Source: Clostridia bacterium
Lineage (GTDB): Bacteria > Bacillota > Clostridia > UBA1381
DNA length: 64,000 bases
Direction of reading: 5' to 3'
Assembly (NCBI GenBank): GCA_045544615.1
Contig: JAZPZI010000039.1
Location: 29,046 to 93,045, forward strand
Part shown: positions 31,110 to 38,935 of the stretch, in pieces
How positions within the stretch are numbered: position 1 is the first letter of the stretch
Layout of the letters: each line of letters begins with the position of its first letter
The notes under the pieces: model-generated
Databases searched by the model: none
Told to the model about the DNA's origin: nothing
Seen by the model: only the letters and a program-made list of their open reading frames with translations
Program-made: the position numbers and the translations under genes

Positions 31110-31556
31110 TCAGTCCTTTCTGTTTATCAGGGTTTTGATTGATTCTATCAAAAGTTTAGAACGCAAAACATCGTCGGTGAGTGCCGGGTTGGTGATACAG
31201 GCATCGAGTGTCAGCCTGACATCCTCCGAAATCTGTTCGGTTATATAAAGATAGTTTATGATCTTTTCTGCCTTTTCTGCCGTGAGGGTATCCGAAATGC
31301 TCTTTAAGATTTCTTCTGCCTCAAAGTCGACAAGCTCGGCGTTTTTACGGATTCTGATATATCCGCCACCGCCACGTCTTGACTCGACGATGTAGCCCTT
31401 TTCGGGAGTGAAGCGTGTGCCCAGGACATAGTTTATCTGCGAGGGAACGCAGTTGAAGATTCCTGCAAGCTCGTTTCTGCCGAGCTCTAACCACTCGGAT
31501 GTATCATCCTTTAAAAGTTCTATTATAAAATTTTCGATTTTATCACTTATAGCCAT
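31110..31556 (-). CDS. ctsR: Class III stress gene repressor CtsR
   Basis: 148 aa with the signature VESRRGGGGYIRI, in first position of the ctsR-mcsA-mcsB-clpC operon. Confidence 0.93.
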   Translation of the reverse strand: MAISDKIENFIIELLKDDTSEWLELGRNELAGIFNCVPSQINYVLGTRFTPEKGYIVESRRGGGGYIRIRKNAELVDFEAEEILKSISDTLTAEKAEKIINYLYITEQISEDVRLTLDACITNPALTDDVLRSKLLIESIKTLINRKD

Positions 31557-31568
31557 TCATATCACCTC

Positions 31569-31585
31569 TTTGACCTTTCCTGACC
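31569..31585 (-). promoter_or_regulatory. CtsR operator (heptad direct repeat) between the TSS and the RBS
   Basis: Minus strand reads GGTCAGGAAAGGTCAAA, against the CtsR consensus A/GGTCAAA-NAN-A/GGTCAAA. Confidence 0.75.
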
Positions 31586-31594
31586 TTTAAGTGT

Positions 31595-31623
31595 ATTCTA
31601 CAACATAAAGGTCAAAAAGTCAA
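31595..31623 (-). promoter_or_regulatory. ctsR operon promoter overlapped by a second CtsR-box-like repeat
   Basis: Minus strand: TTGACT (31623-31618), 17 nt spacer, TGtTAGAAT (31600-31595). The plus strand at 31610-31623 reads GGTCAAAAAGTCAA, overlapping the -35. Confidence 0.65.
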
Positions 31624-31652
31624 TTAAAAAATCTGATATATTTTGTGAACAA

Positions 31653-31678
31653 TTTGTGAATTAAGAAATATTCACAAA
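31653..31678. promoter_or_regulatory. Perfect 9-bp inverted repeat TTTGTGAAT-N8-ATTCACAAA (operator-like)
   Basis: Read directly from the sequence in the ctsR/prs divergent region. A further TTTGTGAA half-site lies at 31642-31649. Confidence 0.4.
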
Positions 31679-31834
31679 AAACATCACAAACTGCTCTGTT
31701 TCTTACCTTAATATATAGATTATTTGCAGATTTTAAAAATATCCGTCATATACCCCTTGAAAAAATTGCCGTATTATGGTATCATAATTACAATGATGGT
31801 ATTTTCAAAAACAAAAGAGGGGGAGCAAAATCCA

Positions 31835-32962
31835 ATGGAAAAGAAAGAAACATTCGGAAAACTCAGTATCATAAGCATGAAGGGCTGTGAAGAGATCACA
31901 GCAAAGATTGACAGATACTTAAAGCAGTTCAGAGGTGAATATGAGGACAGAGAAACCTACATCACACACATTACCTGCCCAAGATTCGGAACAGGTGAGG
32001 CAAAGTGTGTAATTGATGAGACTGTTCGTGGTCACGACCTCTTCATCATCTGCGATATGTTCAACCACGGTGTTACTTACAAGATGTACGAATATGAAAA
32101 CCACATGAGCCCTGATGATCACTATCAGGATTTGAAGAGAATCATCGCAGCGGCAAGCGGTAAGGCAAGAAGAATTACAGTTGTTATGCCGATGCTTTAT
32201 GAAGGAAGACAGCACAGAAGAACTGCAAGAGAATCTCTTGACTGTGCATTAGCACTCCAGGAGCTTGCAGGAATGGGTGTTACCAACATCATCACATTTG
32301 ATGCACACGATGCAAGAGTTCAGAATGCTATTCCTCTGACAGGTTTTGACGATGTTCAGACAACCTACCAGATGTTAAAGGCGCTCACAAGAGCTGTTCC
32401 TGATATTTCATTCGACAAGGATGATACAATCGTTATCTCACCTGATGAAGGCGGTATGAACAGATGTATGTACTATTCATCAGTTCTTGGAATCGACCTT
32501 GGAATGTTCTATAAGAGAAGAAATTATGCGGTTGTTGTAAACGGCAAGAACCCGATTGAAGAACATGTATACCTCGGAAGAAGTGTTGAAGGAAGAGACG
32601 TTATCGTTGTTGACGATATGATCTCAAGCGGTGAATCAGTTCTTGATATTGGCAGAAAGTTAAAGGAACAGGGTGCAAAGAGAATCTTTATCTTTACTGC
32701 ATTCGGTCTGTTCTGTAACGGTCTTGATAAGTTCGACGAGGCTTATAAAAAAGGTGAAATTGACAAGGTATTCACAACAAACCTTGTATACCGCATCCCT
32801 GGTCTTGCAGAAAGAGACTGGTACTGCGAAGTTGATATGTCAAAGTATATCTCGCTCCTTATCGATACCCTTAACCACGATGATACAATCAGCCAGCTTT
32901 TGGTTCCTGTTAAGAGAATTAAAAAGCTTATGGAACGCCACGCCGAGAAGGCAGACAAGTAA
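31835..32962 (+). CDS. prs: Ribose-phosphate pyrophosphokinase family protein (long form)
   Basis: 375 aa. PRPP-binding loop VIVVDDMISSGES and RRTARESL region. ATG at 31835 follows agaggggga. Confidence 0.85.
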   Translation: MEKKETFGKLSIISMKGCEEITAKIDRYLKQFRGEYEDRETYITHITCPRFGTGEAKCVIDETVRGHDLFIICDMFNHGVTYKMYEYENHMSPDDHYQDLKRIIAAASGKARRITVVMPMLYEGRQHRRTARESLDCALALQELAGMGVTNIITFDAHDARVQNAIPLTGFDDVQTTYQMLKALTRAVPDISFDKDDTIVISPDEGGMNRCMYYSSVLGIDLGMFYKRRNYAVVVNGKNPIEEHVYLGRSVEGRDVIVVDDMISSGESVLDIGRKLKEQGAKRIFIFTAFGLFCNGLDKFDEAYKKGEIDKVFTTNLVYRIPGLAERDWYCEVDMSKYISLLIDTLNHDDTISQLLVPVKRIKKLMERHAEKADK

Positions 32963-32974
32963 GAGGATTTATTT

Positions 32975-33748
32975 ATGGATAATCTTAAAAGCAAAAAAGG
33001 CTTTATATGTGATATGGACGGTGTCATATATCACGGAAATCAGATTTTAGACGGAGTTTCGGAATTTGTAAACTGGCTCTTAAGCGAAAAGAAGGAGTTC
33101 ATATTCCTCACGAACTCATCCGAGAGAACACCGGGGGAGTTGAGCCAGAAGCTAAAGAGAATGGGTCTTGAGGTTGATGTCAGCCATTTTTATACAAGTG
33201 CATTGGCAACAGCAGAGTTTTTGCATACACAAAAGCCGGGTTGCAGTGCCTATGTTATAGGCGAGGCAGGGCTTATGAATGCACTCTATGACCAGGGAAT
33301 TTACATGAATGATGTAAACCCTGACTATGTTGTAGTAGGCGAGACAAGAACCTATAACTTCGAAAAGATTGAAAAGGCGGTAGCACTTGTCAATAACGGT
33401 GCGAAGCTTATCGGAACAAACCCCGACATTACCGGCCCGACCGAGCAGGGGATTATGCCGGCGACAGGCTCGCTGATTGCACCGATTGAGATGGCAACCG
33501 GCAAGAAGGCATACTTTGTCGGAAAGCCAAACCCGTTAATGCTCCGTCATGCAACAAAGGCGCTTGGATGCCACGGCTTTGAGACTGTGATTGTAGGCGA
33601 CAGAATGGATACCGACATTGTTGCGGGCATTGAGTCGCTGATTGATACCGTGTTGGTTCTGAGCGGTTGCACAACTAAAGAAATGATTAAAGATTTTCCA
33701 TACAGACCAAAGTATGTACTAAACGGCGTTGGAGATATAGTAAAATAA
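32975..33748 (+). CDS. HAD-IIA family phosphatase (NagD-like)
   Basis: DMDGVIY motif I, LTNSS motif II, GDRMDTDI motif IV. Confidence 0.85.
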   Translation: MDNLKSKKGFICDMDGVIYHGNQILDGVSEFVNWLLSEKKEFIFLTNSSERTPGELSQKLKRMGLEVDVSHFYTSALATAEFLHTQKPGCSAYVIGEAGLMNALYDQGIYMNDVNPDYVVVGETRTYNFEKIEKAVALVNNGAKLIGTNPDITGPTEQGIMPATGSLIAPIEMATGKKAYFVGKPNPLMLRHATKALGCHGFETVIVGDRMDTDIVAGIESLIDTVLVLSGCTTKEMIKDFPYRPKYVLNGVGDIVK

Positions 33749-33750
33749 AA

Positions 33751-33786
33751 AAAGGCAGTTCAAACGAACTGCCTTTAACTTTTTAT
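33751..33786 (+). terminator. Terminator after the HAD gene
   Basis: AAAGGCAGTTC-aaac-GAACTGCCTTT then aacttttt. Confidence 0.7.
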
Positions 33787-33790
33787 CATC

Positions 33791-33961
33791 TCTACAAGAT
33801 TTCGAAAAAGGAAGTTATATTTTGTCAATTTAATTTCGTCGGCGTACGGTGGTACGGTAGAAATTGAATTGGCAAAAAGCAAGTAATGGTGAGAAACTCT
33901 ATAGGATTATTCGCCATTTTCATTTATAAATATAATCTGCTTGCGGTAGAACGACTTTTTC
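33791..33961 (+). repeat. A/B-family ~180 bp structured element, copy B
   Basis: Aligns with the reverse complement of 9621-9806 (see the copy A feature). Confidence 0.75.
33828..33925 (+). ncRNA. Candidate ~100 nt small RNA (copy B); ends are predicted, not mapped
   Basis: -10 TATATT at 33816-33821 with a weak -35. Long hairpin 33826-33871, then hairpin AATGGTGAG..TTCGCCATT (33885-33918) followed by a T-rich run. Confidence 0.4.
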
Positions 33962-33971
33962 GGCAATCTAG

Positions 33972-34000
33972 AAAGGCAGTTCAAATGAACTGCCTTTTTA
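33972..34000. terminator. Second copy of the AAAGGCAGTTC/GAACTGCCTTT hairpin, downstream of the LCP gene
   Basis: Identical stem to 33751-33776; only the loop differs (aaat vs aaac). Confidence 0.55.
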
Positions 34001-34009
34001 ATATTGCAT

Positions 34010-35857
34010 TTAGTCAAGTGATATAACATCATCTTCATCCGATGAGCTGTTCGAATCTGATGAATTATCTGAACTATCCGAGCTGCTTGAACCTGATGAG
34101 CTGCCGGAGCCTGACGAGTTGCTTGAACTTGATGAATTACCCGAACCCGACGAACTATTCGAACTTGATGAGCTGCTTGATTCCGACGAACTGTCGGTAT
34201 TTGTTGTTTCCTCATCGTCACCATTTTCGTCCTCTGACTCATCATCGGATGGGTCACTGGTCGGTGCAGATATTGGATCGTCATCCTCTTCGGAGAGTGT
34301 GCCGTCATACTTGTCGGCCTTGTTGCTGTTGTTGGAATTATTGCCTGATGATGGGGTTTTTCCAACAGGTTTTTTACCTGTGAGACTTATCTCGTTTGTA
34401 AGCTCGTCTGCCGAAACCTCATAGCCGAAGTTGGTCGATACAAGCTCTGCTGTTTTATCAAAATCACAGATATAGTACCAGGCACCGCCTCGGTTTGAAT
34501 CCTCGCCAGGGAGGACGTGTGATACGATATTGTCGCTTGACAAATCCTTAAGATATCCGGCATATTTCAAGATATCCTTGGCTGTGAAGTTGGTTTTTAA
34601 CTGGCTCTTGAGCTCTTTGAATATATCAGGAATCTTAATTATCAGCGAGATATTCACCTTTTGGTCGATTATCGCCTTCAAAAGCTCGTGCTGACGGCCG
34701 ACACGGCTTATGTCGCTTCCGTCAGATGTGCCGTAGTTACTCTTTCTGTAACGCAGGAACTGCTGAATCTGATTTCCTGAAAGCTCCTGTAGCCCCGGCT
34801 TTAAGTGGATATGTAAATCCTGGAAATCATCGTCATAGTTCATACCTCTGCCGTTTCCTTCGATATCGGGAACATCAAAGGTGACAGGTCCCAGGATATC
34901 CATTATGTTATCAATCGCACTGAATGAGAATTCGACATAGTAGTTTATTGGGATACCGGTAAGCGCGGTAACCGATTCGGCAACTGCGGCTGCACCGTAC
35001 ATCTTGTTTGAACTGTCGTGCATGCCGTGGACCTCGGTGATTTTTCGTGTAACCTTTCTGTCGACTACATACATCCTGGTATCACGTGGTATAGACATAA
35101 GATTTACCGTTTTCTCGTCAAAATCATAGCTTGCGAGCATAATCGAGTCGCTTCGCTCGCCGTCCTTGTCAACACCCAAAAGAAGAATGTTTATCTTGCC
35201 TGTTGCGGTATCAACAGGTGTCAAGAATCCGTCGTGCGGTGTGCTGCTGAAGTCTATGCCCATCACGATAAAGAAGATTGCCAAAACCGCAAGGATACTT
35301 GCGATTGTGACGGTTGTTATTCTCTTTCTGCGGCGCTTTGCTTCCCATTTTTTTCTGTTCTGCTCACGGCGTCTTAAAAAGTCCTCTGACGGAGTTCTAT
35401 CCTCGGGTTCAGGCTCAATCTCGGGTACCTCGTCTGTGGTGTAGTCCTCGGTAGAAAAAGGAACCTCCTCGTCCGGGATATCATCATAAGACGGAGCCTC
35501 GTCATCCTCGGTCTCGTCAGGCTCTTCGCCTGAACCTGTGTCGTCATCACTATCGGGAGTATTGTTATTTCCGCCTATATTCCAGATAGGGAGTTCTTCC
35601 TCTTCTTCAGGAATGTCTTCCGGCTCAGATTCTGTCACAGCAAAGCTTTCTGCCTCGTCTTCTATAAACGCATCATCAGGGACTGCAAACTTTTCTGCCT
35701 CTGCCTCCTGTTCTGCATCGATAACCGGGAAATCATCTTCTATAATTTCTTCCTCCGGTGAAATGTAGTCATCATTTTCGTGGTGAAAGTCAATCTCGGG
35801 TTTTGCGGACTTTTTGCCGAAAAAGAAGGAAGATTTCTTTTGTCTTGCTCTTTTCAT
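34010..35857 (-). CDS. LCP (LytR-CpsA-Psr) family wall-polymer ligase with long acidic N-terminal and Ser-rich C-terminal extensions
   Basis: Single TM segment, then an LCP core (NILLLGVDKDGERSDSIMLASYD..MSIPRDT). Start at MKRARQ (35857) follows agaggtg. Confidence 0.85.
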   Translation of the reverse strand: MKRARQKKSSFFFGKKSAKPEIDFHHENDDYISPEEEIIEDDFPVIDAEQEAEAEKFAVPDDAFIEDEAESFAVTESEPEDIPEEEEELPIWNIGGNNNTPDSDDDTGSGEEPDETEDDEAPSYDDIPDEEVPFSTEDYTTDEVPEIEPEPEDRTPSEDFLRRREQNRKKWEAKRRRKRITTVTIASILAVLAIFFIVMGIDFSSTPHDGFLTPVDTATGKINILLLGVDKDGERSDSIMLASYDFDEKTVNLMSIPRDTRMYVVDRKVTRKITEVHGMHDSSNKMYGAAAVAESVTALTGIPINYYVEFSFSAIDNIMDILGPVTFDVPDIEGNGRGMNYDDDFQDLHIHLKPGLQELSGNQIQQFLRYRKSNYGTSDGSDISRVGRQHELLKAIIDQKVNISLIIKIPDIFKELKSQLKTNFTAKDILKYAGYLKDLSSDNIVSHVLPGEDSNRGGAWYYICDFDKTAELVSTNFGYEVSADELTNEISLTGKKPVGKTPSSGNNSNNSNKADKYDGTLSEEDDDPISAPTSDPSDDESEDENGDDEETTNTDSSSESSSSSSSNSSSGSGNSSSSSNSSGSGSSSGSSSSDSSDNSSDSNSSSDEDDVISLD

Positions 35858-35881
35858 AATAAACACCTCTTTTACTGTTTA

Positions 35882-36805
35882 TTAGTTTTTATCTGTTGTT
35901 AATTTTTTGGGTATAACCCCAAACTCATTTTCTATTATGGTTTTTGCCTCATCAAGGTCTGCAATCCAGTACTCAATTCCGCTTCTTTCCTCTGCCTTGC
36001 CGGGGAGGGTGTGGAATGTAATGCTATCGCTTTTTAGCTTCAAGAGCATATTCGAGTATTTTATAACATCCTCGGAGGTGAGATTGCTTTTTATATTAAG
36101 CTTTCCGAAAAGTCCCGGAAGCTTTGCGATAAATTCGGGAGTCAACTTCTGTTCTGCAAATGCGAGCATAAACTCCTGCTGTGTGCCGATACGCAGATTT
36201 GTTCCGTCATCGTATGATGCATATCTTACAAGATGCGAGCATTCCTCGCCATCCAGGAGTTGATAACCCACCTTGAGGTCGATCTTTAAATCCTGTAGCT
36301 TGTCACGGTATTTCATACGCTTCGGAATGTCAAACTCCACGCCGCCCGAGGCATCAACGAATTCAATAAATGAGACGAGTGAAAACTCGATATAGTAATT
36401 CAAAGGTATTGCGGTAAGCCTCGAGAGTGCCTCGACAGTACCGTAAATTTCGTTTTTCTTGCCGTCCGATGTAAGTGCGTGTGCGGCACTGATTTTCTGG
36501 TATCTTCCGCCGATATACATTCTTGTGTTTTCGGGGATTGAGAGAACCGATACATCTTTTGTTGCGGTATCGTATGAGACAATCGCCAGAAAATCGGTAC
36601 GAAGCCCGTCAGGGTCGAGCCCTGCAAGCAAAAGATTGATTCTCTGCGGGTCTTTGGTTTTGGTAAAACCGTCGCCCGTATCGGGCAGAAGCCCAATCAA
36701 TCCGAATATAGCAAAAAAGACAGCTACTATTATAACAATAGCAGGAATCAGTATTTTCCATCTGATGACAGAACTGTTTTTGATGTCGTTTTTCGCCTTT
36801 TTCAA
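35882..36805 (-). CDS. LCP (LytR-CpsA-Psr) family protein
   Basis: TM segment plus NLLLAGLDPDGLRTDFLAIVSYD..LSIPENT. A TTG start at 36805 follows gggga. The longer ORF-track start (36835) would lie at the predicted transcription start. Confidence 0.85.
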   Translation of the reverse strand: MKKAKNDIKNSSVIRWKILIPAIVIIVAVFFAIFGLIGLLPDTGDGFTKTKDPQRINLLLAGLDPDGLRTDFLAIVSYDTATKDVSVLSIPENTRMYIGGRYQKISAAHALTSDGKKNEIYGTVEALSRLTAIPLNYYIEFSLVSFIEFVDASGGVEFDIPKRMKYRDKLQDLKIDLKVGYQLLDGEECSHLVRYASYDDGTNLRIGTQQEFMLAFAEQKLTPEFIAKLPGLFGKLNIKSNLTSEDVIKYSNMLLKLKSDSITFHTLPGKAEERSGIEYWIADLDEAKTIIENEFGVIPKKLTTDKN

Positions 36806-36839
36806 AATACTATCCCCTTTTAATATACTAAACAAAAGT

Positions 36840-36869
36840 ATTATACCACTCTTTGCTTGCTTATGTCAA
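36840..36869 (-). promoter_or_regulatory. Strong sigma-A promoter for the LCP gene pair
   Basis: Minus strand: TTGACA (36869-36864), 18 nt spacer, TGgTATAAT (36845-36840). Confidence 0.65.
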
Positions 36870-36897
36870 CTGTTATGATAAAGAGTTTGCCAAAATT

Positions 36898-37353
36898 TCA
36901 ACTTTGCCGCCGTGCCTCATACCGCCTTTTGCCCGCTTCCCATAACGCCAGCTCTTTCTCGGTTTCGGGAAGAAGCTCGGGTACGGCTGTAGGATTTTCG
37001 GCATCATCGAGTGCTACCATAATGAAATATGCCCTGATAACAGGAGCTTTTCTACCACCGGATTTCTCAACAAAGGATTCGACCAATACCTCCATTGAGC
37101 TTTTTCCGGTATATGTGACCGATGCGGTAATCAAAACTGTGTCGTTTGCGTGGGCAGGTGCGTGAAATTCGAGAGTGTCTACACGGGCGGTGGTCACATT
37201 TTTGCCCGAATGTCGCCTTGCACATACGGCGGCGGTGATGTCTGCCCATTCCATAAGCCGCCCGCCGAAGAGCCGGGAATAGCCGTTTAAGTCGGCAGAG
37301 GACACTATCTGCACCTGCTCGGTATATGATTCTTTTGGTGTTTTTTTGTTCAT
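36898..37353 (-). CDS. Acyl-CoA thioesterase (hotdog fold, YciA-like)
   Basis: NGYSRLFGGRLMEWADITAAVCARRH motif. Start at MNKKT (37353) or two codons upstream. The 89-aa N-terminal extension in the ORF track has no support. Confidence 0.85.
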   Translation of the reverse strand: MNKKTPKESYTEQVQIVSSADLNGYSRLFGGRLMEWADITAAVCARRHSGKNVTTARVDTLEFHAPAHANDTVLITASVTYTGKSSMEVLVESFVEKSGGRKAPVIRAYFIMVALDDAENPTAVPELLPETEKELALWEAGKRRYEARRQS

Positions 37354-37432
37354 ATTCATTTTCCTTGATAGAAGTTTATTTTTAGTTATTCTTCCACAAT
37401 CTCCGATAAAAATAACCCAAACGTGAAAATGC

Positions 37433-37461
37433 TTGCAAAAAAGGCATGCGGGGTGTATAAT
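37433..37461 (+). promoter_or_regulatory. Sigma-A type promoter upstream of the Abi-alpha-like gene
   Basis: TTGCAA (37433-37438), 17 nt spacer, TATAAT (37456-37461). Confidence 0.5.
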
Positions 37462-37562
37462 GAAGAGGAGCGTTGCAAGGCAATGCATTAGTTTTTGAGC
37501 CTGACTTGACAAAAGTCGAATTGTGTCGAAATTTGATGAAAGAATACTATTGATGAGGAGAA

Positions 37563-38375
37563 ATGAAAATGTGTGAGAATAAAAATTCTGTATTTCCAGA
37601 AGTAATAACGCCAATATCAAATGCTATTCAGCAGAACATACCAAACACGGCAAATGAAGCAGATGGTGCATTATCAACAGTTGTTGGCTTTTTTAATAAT
37701 GTTGTACTTTATCCTGTGAAAAAGGCAAATCTAACATTTAAATATAAGCTTGAAGACTTTAAAGATGATTTGGAAAAGAAAATTCAACACATACCAGAAG
37801 AAAATATTCAGGTTCCACCAACAATGATTGCTGGACCTATATTGGAGGCATTGAGATATACATATGATGAAGAAAACTTGCGAGAAATGTATGAAAATTT
37901 ACTTGCATCTGCAATGGATAATCGTATAGTATCTCAAGCACATCCTTCATTTGTAGACGCAATAAAGCAAATGAGCGTAGTCGATGCGCAAGTGATTAAA
38001 AGGATATCAGAAATTGACGATAATTTGCGTTGCGGAGAGTTTAAATTTAAGCTTAAAGAAACAACAAAAGTGTATGTAAATGCAATGCCTGACTATTTTG
38101 TTGAAGAATTATGCGACATTGCCGACCCATTTATTATATCTGCTTCATTGATCAATCTACAAAGGCTTGGCGTTATTACTATAACACAGATGGGATTGAT
38201 GGGGGCTGATTATGATGTTATGAAGAAGAATACATATCTTTTATCACGAGAAGCTTTATATAGAGAACAAGGTAAATATGATTTTGAGATTTCTTTGGTG
38301 CAACATGCTGTCACATTAAACAATTACGGAAAACAGTTTATCAGTACATGCTTACCTAAAAAGGTTACTATCTAG
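37563..38375 (+). CDS. Abi-alpha / DUF4393-like protein (putative abortive-infection family)
   Basis: 270 aa. The central block EENLREMYENLLASAMDNRIVSQAHPSFVDAIKQMSVVDAQVIKRI matches my recollection of the DUF4393 core (..LqemwAnLLA....hPsFveiLkqLsp.DA..L). The true start may be the ATG at 37569. Confidence 0.6.
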   Translation: MKMCENKNSVFPEVITPISNAIQQNIPNTANEADGALSTVVGFFNNVVLYPVKKANLTFKYKLEDFKDDLEKKIQHIPEENIQVPPTMIAGPILEALRYTYDEENLREMYENLLASAMDNRIVSQAHPSFVDAIKQMSVVDAQVIKRISEIDDNLRCGEFKFKLKETTKVYVNAMPDYFVEELCDIADPFIISASLINLQRLGVITITQMGLMGADYDVMKKNTYLLSREALYREQGKYDFEISLVQHAVTLNNYGKQFISTCLPKKVTI

Positions 38376-38572
38376 GTTGTTCAGTTTTTATAAAGATTTA
38401 AAGACAAGAGGACGGTTCTATCGTCTTGGTATAGAATAACTCGTGTCAAGTCTATAAAATTAAAAAGATTAGTTTGCCGATTTTGATATTTACATATACT
38501 ATCGGATGCGAGAAAATCCAGTATTCTCGCGGGTTTTGATGGAATGGATTTTTCGAAAAAAAGGAGATACAA

Positions 38573-38935
38573 ATGAAAAAGAAAATTGTTTTAATTATAC
38601 TGAATGCTTTGTTAATAATACCTTTTTTAGTTTTCTTTAGACACGGTGCTAATGTTTCAATATTTATGCTGTCTGTTTGGCTTATAGCGACAATTATAAA
38701 TGCTGTTTTATCGAAGGATTTAAAGGAGCTTTTGATATATAATGGAACTTTGGCATTGTTCGCAATAATTGGTATTTTCACCAATGGTCAGCTGTATTTT
38801 AAATATGTATATTGGGATGTCGAGGGAGAAGTGGTTGTTATGGCAGAGATTTTCTTCTGTCTTATATACATATCAGTTCTGACCGGAATAGAATGTCTCG
38901 TAAAATTTTTTTCGAAAAAAAGGAGATATAAATGA
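38573..38935 (+). CDS. Hypothetical small integral membrane protein (about 4 TM)
   Basis: Strong RBS aaggaga and hydrophobic segments. No recognisable family. Confidence 0.5.
   Translation: MKKKIVLIILNALLIIPFLVFFRHGANVSIFMLSVWLIATIINAVLSKDLKELLIYNGTLALFAIIGIFTNGQLYFKYVYWDVEGEVVVMAEIFFCLIYISVLTGIECLVKFFSKKRRYK

Noticed and set aside
33907-34424. 152-aa minus-strand and 101/113-aa plus-strand ORFs
   Set aside because: They are alternative or antisense frames of the Ser-rich low-complexity 3' end of the LCP gene, and the first also runs past its stop into the downstream non-coding region. Short-period repeats keep all frames open.
36898-37620. 240-aa version of the thioesterase ORF, and the long N-terminal extensions of spoIID (20753), prs (31724), the activase (26116) and the RpiR regulator (43299)
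   Set aside because: The extensions lack RBSs. They overlap upstream genes, promoters or terminators, and they are not part of the conserved domains. Internal starts with good Shine-Dalgarno sequences were chosen.
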